Positions 1 through 11,881 of a DNA stretch of 64,000 nt are shown piece after piece (the stretch's first letter is position 1; every line of letters starts with the position of its first letter). The notes beneath the pieces are model-generated. The model searched no databases, had not been told where the DNA came from, and worked only from the letters and a program-made list of their open reading frames with translations. The stretch covers positions 640,343-704,342 of the forward strand of contig CAVVYA010000015.1 in assembly GCA_963752345.1 (NCBI GenBank), in the 5' to 3' direction. The stretch comes from an uncultured Alphaproteobacteria bacterium. Lineage in GTDB: Bacteria; Pseudomonadota; Alphaproteobacteria; SMXQ01. The translations under genes and the position numbers were made by a program.

Positions 1-158
1 AGCGAAAAATGAAAGCGCTCGACTGCTACGCCGCCGAGTTGCGCGCATCGCCGCATTCGCGGTCGGATGAGGGAATCCGCGCCTTGGTCCGGTTGCGCGG
101 GCACAACGTCGGCGTTGCGGCCGCCGAGGCATTTGCGGTCGTTCGCCAGCTCGTTTAA
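1..158 (+). CDS. 3' end of a gene entering from upstream (partial), hypothetical
   Basis: Open frame from window edge to TAA at 156-158 (…EAFAVVRQLV*); no homology recognised. Confidence 0.2.
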   Translation, partial: RKMKALDCYAAELRASPHSRSDEGIRALVRLRGHNVGVAAAEAFAVVRQLV

Positions 159-228
159 AGCGACAAATCTGTAGCGAACCTGATAAGCAACAAGAGGCAT
201 TTCCCGTTGCGCCGCAAACGAGGGTAAC

Positions 229-996
229 ATGGACGACTATGCCGACAAGACAGTTCTAATCACGGGCGCTTCGAAAGGACTTGGCTCAATCGCAGCTTCG
301 GCTTTCGCGGCGCGCGGCGCGCGGCTCTGTCTGGTCGGACGAACCGAAAGCCGCTTGGAGGAACTGCGGCGCTCGTTGCCCCGACCCGATGGACACTTGG
401 TCTTCGGCGGCGATCTGATGGAGAGGGAAACGGTCGAGCGGCTCTCTCGTCATGTGCTGGAGAATTGGGGATCGCCGAGCATCGTTCTTCATTGCATGGG
501 CGGCGGCTACGGGTTCCGCGATCCGCTGCTGACATGGGAACAGTTCGAAAAGCTCTATCGCGTCAACTTTGCCGCAGGCGCGGAACTCAACCGCTTGCTC
601 ATTCCGGCGATGAAGGAAGGCGGTGGAGGCTATGTGGTCCATGTCGGCTCGACGGCATCGGTGGAGGCCATTGGATCGGTCGGCTACAACACCGTCAAGG
701 CGGGATTGGCTGCCTACGTACGCAGCGTCGGCAATGCGCTCGCCGGCACAAACGTGATCCTCACCGGGATACTGCCGGGGGCCTTTTACGGCCCGGGCAA
801 CGCATGGCGCCGGATGGAAGAGACGAAGCCCGAAATTGCGGCCCAATTCGCCGCCGAACGGCTGCCGCGCGGCCGCATTGCCGAGGGAGAGGAAATACTG
901 CCGCTGCTGTTTTTGCTGACGGGCGCGGGCGCTTCGATGATGGCGGGAGCCTGTGTCGCGATCGACGCGGGCGAAAGCCACGCCTACGCGCGCTAG
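229..996 (+). CDS. short-chain dehydrogenase/reductase (SDR) family oxidoreductase
   Basis: 255-aa intact ORF; N-terminal TGASKGLGS Rossmann motif, SDR-like length and layout. Confidence 0.85.
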   Translation: MDDYADKTVLITGASKGLGSIAASAFAARGARLCLVGRTESRLEELRRSLPRPDGHLVFGGDLMERETVERLSRHVLENWGSPSIVLHCMGGGYGFRDPLLTWEQFEKLYRVNFAAGAELNRLLIPAMKEGGGGYVVHVGSTASVEAIGSVGYNTVKAGLAAYVRSVGNALAGTNVILTGILPGAFYGPGNAWRRMEETKPEIAAQFAAERLPRGRIAEGEEILPLLFLLTGAGASMMAGACVAIDAGESHAYAR

Positions 997-1014
997 GGGC
1001 ATGGAGGGTTTCTC

Positions 1015-1680
1015 GTGGCGGAGTTCGATCTCGGTTACTTCGACGCATCGGTGAAGCGGACCGTCGGTCCACGGCGGTTCCGACACCGGCTGCTCGCCTG
1101 GGAGTTGGGCAAGGATCTCTACGACGGCGGGCGTGAGACAGGCTACGGCGGTTTTCGCTACGACGGTCGTTGGCTCACCCTGATTCCCAAGTTGGCCGAA
1201 CGTTACGGGCTGACCGCCCGCTCGGCCGTCCTTGACGTCGGCTGCAAGAAGGGATTTTTTCTCCACGACCTGAAGCACCTGCTCCCCGGCATTAAGGCAC
1301 GGGGGATCGAAAACCATGCCTATCCCGTCGAGCAGGGCCTCGATGACGTGCGCGGCGACATGACGATCGGCGACTTTACGGCTCTGCCGTATAACGAGGG
1401 CGAATTCGATTTCGTCATGGCTTTCTCATCGATCTATATGCTGAACCTGGGAGACGTCGTAAAGGCGTTGCGTGAGATCCAGAGGGTGGGGAAGGGCAGA
1501 AGCTATGTCACCTGCGGGGCTTACCGCACGCCGGAGGAGCGCGAGCTGTTCGCGCGCTGGACCCTGGTCGGCACCACCGTGCTTCACGTCGACGAGTGGC
1601 GCGAGCTTTTCGCCTACGCCGGTTATACAGGCGACTATTATTTCACGACCGCCGGCTCGCTGAATTTGGCGGCCGGTTAG
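1015..1680 (+). CDS. class I SAM-dependent methyltransferase-like protein
   Basis: VLDVGCKKGFF (motif I-like) and FDFVMAFSSIYML; 19 bp after SDR, likely same operon. Confidence 0.55.
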   Translation: MAEFDLGYFDASVKRTVGPRRFRHRLLAWELGKDLYDGGRETGYGGFRYDGRWLTLIPKLAERYGLTARSAVLDVGCKKGFFLHDLKHLLPGIKARGIENHAYPVEQGLDDVRGDMTIGDFTALPYNEGEFDFVMAFSSIYMLNLGDVVKALREIQRVGKGRSYVTCGAYRTPEERELFARWTLVGTTVLHVDEWRELFAYAGYTGDYYFTTAGSLNLAAG

Positions 1681-1693
1681 GGCAGCCACAATC

Positions 1694-2257
1694 ATGGCCG
1701 TATACCTCGTCCGCCACGGCAAATCGATTGCCAACAAAGGCCTCGTGCTCAGCGGGAGCTGCGATCATCCGCTGACTGACCTCGGCCGCGAGCAGGCGCG
1801 CCAGGCAGGGCGCGCGATGAGGGGTGTGCAATTCGCCATGACCTTCAGCTCCGAGCTGTGCCGAGCCGTCGAAACGGCCGAGATCATCATGGAGGACGCG
1901 GGCAGCAGACCGGAAATCTCGATTCGCGATCCGCGCTTGAACGAGCGTGATTTCGGAATTTACGAAGATGTGGCGCAAATGTGGATTTCCGACAATCACG
2001 GACCCGACGTGCTGCAGCGGGTCCACGCCGACGTCACCTTCCGCATGGAACGTGGTGAATCCATCGGCGACGTCTATGAGCGGGTAGCCTGCTATTTCGA
2101 CGAAGCAATTCGCCCCGCGGCGTCCGTGTCCGACGTGCTCGTGGTTTCACACGGCAACGTCACCAAATGCCTGCTCGCCCATTGCGTGGGCTGGCCACTC
2201 GCGATCATACCGGAGATTCCCATGTGGAACGGGTTGGTGACGCGGCTCAATGTGTAA
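1694..2257 (+). CDS. histidine phosphatase family protein (phosphoglycerate mutase-like)
   Basis: N-terminal LVRHGKS (RHG catalytic motif); 187 aa; 14 bp after preceding gene. Confidence 0.8.
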   Translation: MAVYLVRHGKSIANKGLVLSGSCDHPLTDLGREQARQAGRAMRGVQFAMTFSSELCRAVETAEIIMEDAGSRPEISIRDPRLNERDFGIYEDVAQMWISDNHGPDVLQRVHADVTFRMERGESIGDVYERVACYFDEAIRPAASVSDVLVVSHGNVTKCLLAHCVGWPLAIIPEIPMWNGLVTRLNV

Positions 2258-2778
2258 CGGAGTTGGTGATCGAAACGCAGCGGCGCGCCTCGGGGCGGCA
2301 AGCGAGGCAACACAGGTGGGAAGCATTGTTGATTTTTGCGAAAGGCGAGTTCCGTTGCCGAAGAGGCGAGATCGTGGTCATCACCTGAAACGCGCGATGG
2401 AAGGCTCTGGAATAGTCTTTTTCGAAAATGATAGAGCGATAAAAGCACCTCGCGTAATACCGAAGGCAGTCGATCCTTTCCCGTAACGACCTTTGAACTA
2501 CACAATTCGCATGGCGTAACGCTTTGACAAAATCCCCTTCAACGATCATGTACGTGAAGAAAAGTTTCACGTAGATGAAAAATCGGCCATCGGCATTCTT
2601 AAAAACGCTATCGGTGCTCGTAAGGGCATTAAGTCCTTGAAGATTTCGGACTTCGAAGTTTCGCCACGATTGCCCAATGTCTCCCGTGTGCACCTTCATG
2701 CCGTGAAAGAAACAGAAGCGGCTGTAATGGCAATTTGACGATTGGAACAGTGCCTTTCCTAGGTATCTCTCGGGCCAT

Positions 2779-3646
2779 CTATTCTCTTCGGCTGGGGCGG
2801 GCGTTCATCTCGTCGCGCGGCTTGACGCCAATTACCAGGAAATTGTCGGAGTCGGTTTCGACATGGACACTCGTCGACCCAGTGAAAGGATGACTCCGGA
2901 CGAAATTATGGTCGATGGCGGTAAATTCAACAATTTCAGTCAATCCACTCAAGTCGACCATCCAAGGATGAAGCGATACAAATCGGAATAACGCCCCTCA
3001 TTGTCAGGCGCAAGCCAGAAGCCCATGTAGGGGACCTGGGGATAATGCGGATTGCCAAAACAATGGATCGCCATATCCGGATGCAGATTGTCCAATAGAG
3101 TTTTTGCGATCGTCCGGGATGGCAGGGCATTGACCTCGTCAAACCGGTGCAGGCCGTGCGCGCGCAGATACGAGATGACGGTTTCCTCGGTTACCACCGG
3201 CCCATGCGAAACGCAGGCCTTCTTACCCTTTTGCCAAACCGTAGAGGTACTTCAACATCCCGTCGGAATAGAAACCGGCTGGGTGAAAGAAGAAGCAGTA
3301 ACCCTTGCCGAGCGCCTCGTGGGAGCCGAGCTGCAACGCGTGGCCGAGCTGGTTGAATTTTCCCTGTCGTGATCCCTTGTAGAACGTGAGATTGATGAAT
3401 TTGACCAGGCCAACGCATCGAGAATTCCAAACAGGTGCGACGCTCTGATGCGCGTCTCATCCTCCTCGGTCGTCAGAAATCTAAACTGCGACCCGGCGCG
3501 GTTCGGCAGCCACGGAAGGTTATTGGGCGCGAGCAGAGTTGGCAAGGCGAACGTCAGGAGATAGTCCACGTATGCTTTGCCCCATACCGGCATCAGAAAG
3601 AAGAATTGGGGTTCGGCGCTAGGCGTCTGCTCGGTGGACATCATTT
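2779..3646 (-). pseudogene. uncharacterised 'family A' protein, copy 1 (apparently frameshifted in 3 pieces); glycan-related by context
   Basis: Pieces 3252-3977(-) C-part, 2949-3197(-), 2779-2961(-) align colinearly with the three pieces of 11882-12875(+): FFFLMPVWGKAYVDYLLTFALPTLL / LHLYVDNLLTFCLPTLL; ...NLHPDMAIHCFGNPHYPQVPYMGFW / NLHTDMTNHDVRNPFFPENPYMGLW; FTAIDHNFVR / FTAIDHDFVR. Confidence 0.4.
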
Positions 3647-4475
3647 CATTGCCGGACGAGTTACCGGCCTCGGTGACGGGCAGTATGGCGCCGTTGATAT
3701 AGGCCGACCGTGGCGAGGCCAACAGGGCGATAGTCCAGGCAACTTCGTCGGCGGTGCCAATCCGGCCGGACGGGGTTTGCGCGACGATTTTATCCAGTCT
3801 CTCTGCGGACGAGTGGCGTTTCTGGAAATCGGTGTCGATGGCGCTGGGCGCCACGCCGACTGACCGCACCGGCGTTCCTGCGAACTCCCGCGCCAGAGCC
3901 AACGGTGAACGTGTTGGCGTGCCGCCCTGGCCACGCCGTAATGCGGCAAGTGCGCAGGCTCCCGTCGTGGTCGCCATAAGGAAATGTTGACCACGGCGCG
4001 GCGTCGCTTGCGACCAACAACGAGCGCCGCAGCGCGCGCATCATCCGCACCGCGGACAGGAGGTTGACGGTGAGACTGTCCATCCACAAGACATCGTCCG
4101 ATTGTGCGAAGGTGGAACGACGGATCGCATCGCCGACGTTGTTGATCAGAATGTCCAAGCCGCCCGGAGCGGGACGAAACGGTATCAGCCAACGGGTGTG
4201 CATGGCGCGAGCCGTCAGCAGCGCTGACCACCACCCGTCGACCGCGATGGATCGGTCCCTGGCCCACGACACGAGATTTTCGGCGGCTTGTTCATCGTTC
4301 GGTACGTGAAGGCGACCCGCGCGCTGCATGTGGCGAAAAGCGTCACGCAAGCGCGGCCGATGCCGCAACTTCCGCCTGTCACCGCCGGAACACCTGGTCC
4401 ATTGAGGCCGAGATCGACAGTGGAGGACAACTCAGTCATCGCTGGAGAGGATAGTGTTACGGCAGACAATCGCAT
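3641..4475 (-). pseudogene. SDR family oxidoreductase (3-oxoacyl-ACP reductase-like), fragmented by apparent frameshifts
   Basis: Pieces in three frames: 4215-4475 N-term VTGGSCGIGRA; 3790-4368 GGLDILINNVG...VNLLS; 3252-3977 N-part VGVAPSAIDTDF...GRIGTADEVAWTIALLASPRSAYINGAIL (classic SDR C-terminus). Confidence 0.5.
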
Positions 4476-5230
4476 TCAGCAGAGGAATACCGGCTTGAGT
4501 CTGAAAATGGGTCATGTCGCCATCATTCAGGGATAAGATGCCTTGTAATTTACGTCCACGCCGCGCAGCAGGCACAGCCAGGAGGGACAGTTGCAAAGCG
4601 GGACCCGAGGCGCGCGTCCGAGGCAAACCGGTGGTCCAGCGCGTAAGCCTCGGGCAGCTTGCCGTCGAGGGCGGCCCGGTAGAGGAAGCGGTAGTTTTCC
4701 ATCACCTCCTCGGGCCATGTAAGCGAGACGTCGAAACGACCATCGATCGTTCCCCCGCGCGGCATCAAAGGTGCGGAAGCAGATCGGGTACTGGCTGAGT
4801 TCCGCCAATCGTACCTGTTCTCAGGAAATGGTACAAAAAGCCGGGCGAGTCCGGAGATGGGATCGCATTCGTCTCCAAGGCTACCACATCCGGATCGATG
4901 ATGGCGAAGCCTTTCGCTTGAACTCAGCATTGTGGATGATGTTTTCGCCATGAAAATTCCGATACCTAGACCCGGCGATGGCGGGCCGCTTGCGGATCGC
5001 TCGGTCGAACGCTGGCGAATCGATAATTCGCTCCACGCTGAAGCGAAGTCCTTTCCGCGCATGGCCGTTGATCACGAGCTCCGGCAAGCGGGCGACGGCG
5101 CCGACGGGGCGAATCGAGGATTCGGTGAAAGCGGCGCAAAATTCATCCGTACGAAAACAGGCCCTATCTGCCGCTGTATCAATCGGACGATGATCCTCGA
5201 TATCGTCGATTAAATTGGTGACCACCTGCC
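4440..5230 (-). other. unidentified coding remnants (overlapping ORFs in several frames)
   Basis: ORFs 4881-5225(-), 4550-5062(-), 4432-4626(-) have protein-like composition but overlap in different frames; no family recognised. Confidence 0.15.
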
Positions 5231-5924
5231 CATTGTCAATAACGCTGGCAATGTCCTGATGGGCCGACTTGCTTCTGCAGCAAATAATGGCTCAAGGTGG
5301 GGCCTCGAACAGATTGTTGCAGAAAGAAGACGCCGCCCCTCCAGCACGCCTGCCCCAGCTCGATCAGCCCCTAACGCCGAGGAAAACCAGCGTCCAGCGC
5401 GCGAGGTGCGGGAACCGCTGTTTGTCGAGGACTGCGATGCGATCGATCTCCCGCCGAATTTTCGCATTGTCTTTCTTGGCGATTTTGCAACCGCCCGTGC
5501 CGTCCGGACGGTCCAGCGCCAAACCAGGGAACACCCCATCCTTGGAGAACGCGGTGATTCTTGAAATCGGCCAGCGTCCAGCGAGGACGGGGAAATGCCG
5601 CTCATGCGTCAGGTGACGGGAAAAACCTTGACCTTCGGGCTGGGGTTGAAGTGTTTGACGCTATTCGATGATGGTTCGTCCGGCAATATGTCCGCGTGTT
5701 ATCCGCGTGAGCTCTGAGGATGAGCTGGCTGACCGGGGAATGCATCACTAACGTCAACACCGGATAATTAACCCGTGAAGTGAAGCGGCGATTTCTGCGG
5801 GGTTAAACGGCGGCGGACTCGCATTGTTCGAAGCCTCGACTTCCCAGCGGAAGGTCGGCCACGCAAACGGCGACAAGGGCGCGTCTTCGCGGCGTGTCTA
5901 AACCCCGCGACAATCACCGCGCGG

Positions 5925-6783
5925 TCAGCCGGCGATGGTTGGCGAGCCGGTAGCGGAAAAAAACCGGCAGATTTGATAACTCGGCGGCATGATCAGCGTC
6001 CGCAGCGAAATGGTATTGACGGTGTGGCGGCCGGGAAAGAGACGCTCCATAACCGTTTCTACCTGGGAAGAACCGGGGCAAAGGTTATTCCTTGCGTCCT
6101 GGTCGCGCGCCGCAGAGACTCGGTGCTGAGCCGCCCGGTGGGCGTGTCTGGATGAACGATGTGAGCTCTGCGGCGCAGAGCTCGAACGATTCATGCCGGC
6201 GGTTTCGACAACGCCGAACAGGCCACGAGGAGGGCCTGCCAACCGTTGCTCTGGCAGGAGCCCAGACAGAATACCCGGAATCGCCGAGCGTCACCGGCGC
6301 CACCGGAAGCAGCCGGTCGGGAACGTCGATCAAGGGGCAGAAGATCGCTGGTAGTCCGCCGGATTCGGCGACGCCAATCACGTAATTGGCGGTCGCGAGA
6401 AGCGATTTATAAAGGCGCTGTCCTTCACCTGCTTCTCCGATGTTGCGACAGGCAGACAACAAAGGGGGCAGAAGGCTGAAGTCGAAGCTTGCGGCATCGC
6501 CCGAAGACTGGAATGGTTTGCCGCGCACCACGAGCGCTTCCGGCGATTGGGACGACTTCACCTGATCGAGCATCTGGGGTTGCGCCAGAATGACCCGGGC
6601 GACCAAGGAATCGACGCCCTTGAGCGTTGGATGTTTTGGGTCAACTGCAATCGGATGTGTCAATATGGCGGCTAATTCGATGGCGTCGGCTGCGGGGTCG
6701 ATCATCCCGACCAGCATGGATCCGATCTCAGCGCCGCAACCGACAAAAGTAACCGCTTCATAAAGGTGCCTCCATCCCCCCAC
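5925..6783 (-). CDS. hypothetical protein (apparent frameshift near 6300)
   Basis: 6085-6783(-) N-part is protein-like; its C-part turns into low-complexity R/P-rich text while 5925-6242(-) continues plausibly. Confidence 0.3.
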
Positions 6784-7189
6784 TCTGGTAGATGTTATGG
6801 AACGTCGCGAAATTCTACCGGGAAACGGTCCACTGGCTTTTCCGCGCGACGATTTCCGGGAGTATAGGGCGAGAAATGCCAGCTCAAGTCATCTTTGCCG
6901 CGCAACGATTGCCGCGTCAGTTGTTGCGGCAACACGGTGCGCCGACTTCAAAGCTGGGTTCGATACCGGATAGGGAATGCGACGCGTCCACTGGCAGTTG
7001 CGACCCTGCCGCCGCGATCGGGTCAAAAGAGGCGGCGTTGTTTCCGCTGCGATAAAAGGATATGATTCCTCCGCCTGGAAATGGTTCGGGCGGACGGGCA
7101 ACGCGTCCAAGGCCGGAGGCGCGCTGTCGATCCGCTCGTAGCCAGCGGTGAGGCGTCGCACACCTGCGGGGGTTATCCGGCCGTCGACG

Positions 7190-8999
7190 TCCGGTCCATC
7201 ATGGTAGTGGAAACAGACACGTCAGACTTGCAGATTACATCGCTGATTTCGTAGCCAAGCAGGACGTAAATTACGTTTTTGGCGTCACCGGCGGTGGCGC
7301 CATGCCCTCAACGACGCCTTCGCAATCATCGTCGTTCCGCTCATTCCGATGCACGCCGAGCAGACGGCCTCGATGGCGGCGGAGGGGTATGCCCGCATCG
7401 CCGAACGCATCGGCGTGCTGCAGGTCACCACTGGGCCGGGGGGAACCAACTCGATTACCGAAATTTGCGGGGCGGATGATTCGATCCCGATGTTGGTGGT
7501 TTCCGGGCAGATCATGACATGGATATGATCGGCGACGCCAACTTGCGGCAGGTCGGCGTGCAGGAGGTGGATATCGTCAGCCTGGTCCGCCCCATTACCA
7601 AATACGCCAAGGTGGTCATCGAGCCGAACCGAATCCGCTACCACTTCGAGAAGCGCTGCACCTGGCCACCACCGGCCGGCCCGGCCCGGTCTGGCTCGAC
7701 GTGCCGTTCAACGTGCAGAATGCCCAGGTCGATCCCGACTCACTTGTGGGCTTTGTCCCGCCGGTGCCGACGCCGCCCGCCCCGCAGGCTTTCTCAATAT
7801 CCAGATCGAGGAATGTCTCGATCTTCTGCGTAAGGCCGAGCGGCCGATCCTCATCGCGGGCTGGGCGTTCGGCTCGGGCGCCGTCCATGAATTTGAAGAA
7901 GGGCCAGCGGCTTCAATCCCCGATCGTCCCGACCTGGAACGCGAATGACATGATTCCGGCCGAACACCCGAATTATGCGGCCGGGCCGGGCTGTTCGGGG
8001 AACACGCCGGGAATTTCGCGGTCCAGAACGCCGACCTGCTCTCGTGGTCGGGTCGCGCATGTCGATCCCACAGACTGGCTCAACGCGACGCTGTTCGCCC
8101 GCCATGCCAAGTTGGTCATGGTCGACATCGACGAAAACGAGATGTTCAAGCAGAGCCTGCGATGGATCTGCCGATCGTCGCCGATGCAAAGCAGTTTCTG
8201 ACGGGCCTGCTGGCGAAGCTCGGCGACTTTCGCCCCTCGTCCGTGGTTTCATCCCGGATGGAACGGTGCCGCGACTGGCGGCGGCGCTATCCGGTGGTGC
8301 TGCCGGAGTACCGCGAGCGTGCGGAACGGGTGAACCCCTACTACTTCATCGAGCAGCTGGCCCAGCGCGCACCCGACGATGCCGTCATCGTCACGGACAT
8401 GGGTACGAGTTTCACCTGCACGATCAGACCATCCAGATCAAGAAGGGCCAACGCCTGTTCACGTCGAGCGGCCTTGCCGCAATGGGGTTTCGTCTGCCGG
8501 GTTCGATCGGCGCCTGTTTCGGGCATGCTCGGCGCAAACCATCAGCGTCAACGGCGACGGCGGGTTCATGTTCAATCTGCAGGAGCTCCAGACGATCGCC
8601 GAATTCAAACTGCCGATCTCGATTTTCGTCCTTTCGAACGGCGGCTATCTGACAATGCAACTCATGCAGCAAAATCACTTTAAGCGCTATGTTGGCTCGG
8701 GACCTTCGAGCAACGTCAGTTGCCCCGATTTCATCCGCGTCGCCGACGCTTTCGGCATCGAGGCGATCCGGGTGAGCTCGAATGCAGATCTGCACGCCAA
8801 TCTCGACCGCGCGCTAAACGCCAACGGGCCGTTTTTGGTCGATATCGAGATGCCGGATTTGCAGGCCCTGATCCCCCGCGTTCAGACCCAGAAGACCCCC
8901 GATGGCAAGCTGCTGCCGCCGGCCATCGAAAACATGTATCCGTTCCTCGAGCGCGAGGAATTCCTCGCCAACATGATCGTCCCACCGGTGGACGCCTGA
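7190..8999 (+). pseudogene. thiamine-pyrophosphate-dependent enzyme (acetolactate synthase / sulfoacetaldehyde acetyltransferase-like), ≥5 apparent frameshifts
   Basis: Colinear TPP-enzyme segments across frames: N-domain HAEQTASMAAEGYARI...GVLQVTTGPGGTNSIT (7300-7470); central DMIGDANLRQVGVQEVDIV...PITKY; C-domain SVNGDGGFMFNLQELQTIAEFKLPISIFVLSNGGY (GDG...N Mg/TPP motif) ending 8999. Confidence 0.6.
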
Positions 9000-9465
9000 T
9001 GGCCATGGCCGCGGCAGGCCCGCAGGCGAAGTCCGTGGTGGTAATTCTGCCCTACCGCGAGCGTCGCGTGCTCATGCAGCTTCGGGACGACAAGGAAGGC
9101 ATTGCTTTCCCGGGCAAGTGGGGGTTCTTCGGGGGCGGGATCGAGCCCGGCGAAAGCCCCGAGGGGGCCGCGCGGCGTGAACTGGCCAAGGAAAACCGCA
9201 TCATGCCACCACGTTGGTGCCTCTCGGCTGCGGCGTCATCCCGGAGGTCGAGGTATTCTCTCACGCTTTCGGCTGCCTGCTCGAAGTCGATATCGAGGCC
9301 TTGGAGCTGACCGAGGGCATGGATATGGCGTGGTTCGATTTCGATGAGTTGATGGGTGGAACGCGATTTTCTTTGAAGAAACAACGGCCTGAATGGGGTG
9401 ACTCCCCTGCCGTATCTGGCGCATACGTTCCAGACGCTGCTCGCCTCGCTCGCGTGCAAGCCTAG
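8999..9465 (+). CDS. NUDIX hydrolase (apparent frameshift near 9200)
   Basis: Nudix box GGGIEPGESPEGAARRELAKE; ATG overlaps the stop of the upstream TPP enzyme (ATGA); C-part continues in 9214-9465 frame. Confidence 0.6.
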
Positions 9466-9539
9466 CCCAGAGATGCTGCGCAATTTGACCAGCAAATAAC
9501 TCGCGGACGCTTCGCCGCGACAGAGATGAGGAACAGCCG

Positions 9540-10941
9540 GTGCTTGTGATCGACGAGAAGCTTCCGGGAGCTGCGTTCGACGGCCGCCTAGTCAGCTGCT
9601 TCAACGAGCCGGGGCCTTATTACTCGAGCTACCCTTCGCTCAACCGGTGGTCCGTCGGCATGGATAGTGCGGCCTATGGCCGGGCGCTGCAGGAGTTCTT
9701 CGTCGCCGATCCGACTGCGCCGATCTATCTCTACACGCATATCCCGTTTTGCGCGAAGCTCTGCTGGTATTGCATCTGCAACATCGAGATCTCTAACAAC
9801 CGCGAGCGCATCCAGAGGTTTGTCGATGTGCTGCTTCGCGAGGCCGATCACCTGGCGAATTTCTTCGAAACCAACCGCATCCGGCCGAACGTGCGCGGAT
9901 TTACCTGGGCGGCGGCACGCCTTCGCACCTCGACCACGCGCAATTGCGCCAACTCGTCGATAGGCTGGCCAATATCGCGGACATCGGTTCGCTCGATGAA
10001 TTCGCGATGGAAATCGATCCCCGCACCATCCGGAGCGAAGATCTTCCATACTATCACTCCCTCGGAGTCGACCGCATTTCGTTCGGGGTGCAAGACTTCG
10101 ATCCGACCGTCCAGCAGAAGATCAACCGTATCCAGCCGTTCGAAATGGTCCGCGATCTTCTGTCGCCGGAGGTGCGCAAGTTGTTCAAGGGCGTGAACTT
10201 CGACCTGCTGTACGGTTGCCGATGCAGACGCGCGAAACGTTCCGGCGCACCATCGAGCTGACCAAGGAACTCGCGCCCGATCGCATCACACTGATCAAAT
10301 ATGCGCACGTCCCTGAGGTCCGCAAACATATGAACATGATCGACAAAGAACAACTTCCGGCGAAGGACGTGCTGCCGCTGATGTTTCAGGAAGCGGTCGA
10401 GGAATTGGTCGATGCGGGCTATGTCTGGGCTGGATCGATAATTTCGCCAAGCCGACCGACGATCTCGGCAAGGCCGCGCGCAGCAAGACCACCGGGCGCA
10501 ACTTCAGCGGCTCTTCGCCGGGCCGTGCCGACAACATCATCGGTCTCGGCCCGACCTCCACCAACGCCTTCGGACGCTACTATTTCCAGAGCGTCTATGA
10601 ATTGCCGCAATATACCGAGGCGGTCAACGCCGGCCGCTTCCCGGTGTTCAAGGGCTATCGGCTGAGCGATCCGGATGTCGTTCGCCGTGACGTCATCTTC
10701 CGCATTCAATGCCGCCAGGAAGTGGACATTGCCGCCGTCGAGCGCGCCCACGGGATCGTGTTCGAGGATTATTTCAAGCCGGAGCTGGCACAACCGACCG
10801 GTTCATCGCCGACGGCATGGTCGTGCGCGACGAACGCTCGTTCCGTCTCACGCCCCTGGGGCGCTTCTTCACGCCGCATGTCTGCCGCGTATTCGATGCT
10901 TTCCTGGCGGAAATCCCGAATACAAGATTTACGGGCCGTAA
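9540..10941 (+). pseudogene. hemN: oxygen-independent coproporphyrinogen III oxidase HemN (radical SAM), ~5 apparent frameshifts
   Basis: Full-length colinear match to HemN architecture: YSSYPS..., HIPFCAKLCWYCICN (CxxxCxxC), IYLGGGTPSHL, ISFGVQDF, DLLYGLP, NFAKPTDDL..., FKGYRLSDPDVVRRDVIFRIQC, C-terminal CRVFDAFL; spread over frames 9540/9944/10216/10602/10709. Confidence 0.65.
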
Positions 10942-11009
10942 GGCCGACGTCGGGGCGGGCACGCATGACGGCACGGCGCGTCCCAGCCGGTCCCAGCACT
11001 GGCGATGCT

Positions 11010-11788
11010 ATGCCCCAGCGGCGGACCACGGCCGCGCATGGCATTACGTTCGCGCGCGAGCAGCTGGGCGTGACGATCTCCCGCGGCGCGGCGATTTTCG
11101 ATTTCGGCTGCGGTGCCGGCGCACAGGTGCGGGACCTGCTCGAACAGGGCTTCGATGCCTGGGGCGTGGATATCCACGATGCCTGGAACGGGCATGGGCA
11201 CGAGCCCGGGCCCGCCGAGCTGCCGGCGTTCGTCCACGAGCGGCTGCGGGTTATCGCCCAGGCCGATCTCAAGCTCCCTTTTCCTGACCGGACGTTCGAC
11301 TTCTGCTTCAGCGAGCAGGTCATGGAGCATGTCTTCGACTACGAGACGGTATTCGCCGAGATCGTTCGGGTTCTCAAGCCAGGCGCCTTGTCCCTGCATC
11401 GCTTTCCCGGCCCGAATTATCCTTTCGAGGGTCATGTGGGGCTGCCGTTTTCCTGGCTTTGCCGCAGCCGGACCTATCTCGCGGCCTGCGCCCTGGCTGG
11501 ATTCGCGGATCCGACCAGTGTGGATTGGACTGGCGCGCCACCCTCGCGCGAAACATAGCATTGATGCGGCTCAACAATTACCCGAGCAAGGCGTATCTTC
11601 GGCGCGCTGCGGCGCGGGCGGGCGGGGCTATTGCCTTCGTCGAGCGGGAGGAGTTTGCCTTCCGCCAGGGTGGACGGCTCGGCGGTGTTTGGCGTGTTAT
11701 GAGCATCGCCGGCTTGGCCGGCCCGTTTGCCGCTATCTGCGGCCTTGTGTTGCAGCGATACATGGTGCTGCGGAGGCTAGAACGGTAA
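11010..11788 (+). CDS. class I SAM-dependent methyltransferase (apparent frameshift near 11530)
   Basis: IFDFGCGAGAQVRDL (motif I), DRTFDFCFSEQVMEHV, LKPGALSL; C-terminal extension continues in 11459-11788 frame. Confidence 0.55.
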
Positions 11789-11881
11789 CTCAGGAAGATT
11801 GCCATGCTCTTTGGGTGGAGCTTCTGGCGGTGGAGGATGGGCATGACTTTGGGAGCCTAGGTTCTTTTTTCTGGTTACTGT

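Noticed and set aside
260-1317. ORFs 260-535(-), 286-1317(-) and 465-1136(+) overlapping the SDR and methyltransferase genes
   Set aside because: They are R/P-rich low-complexity translations in alternative frames of well-supported genes.
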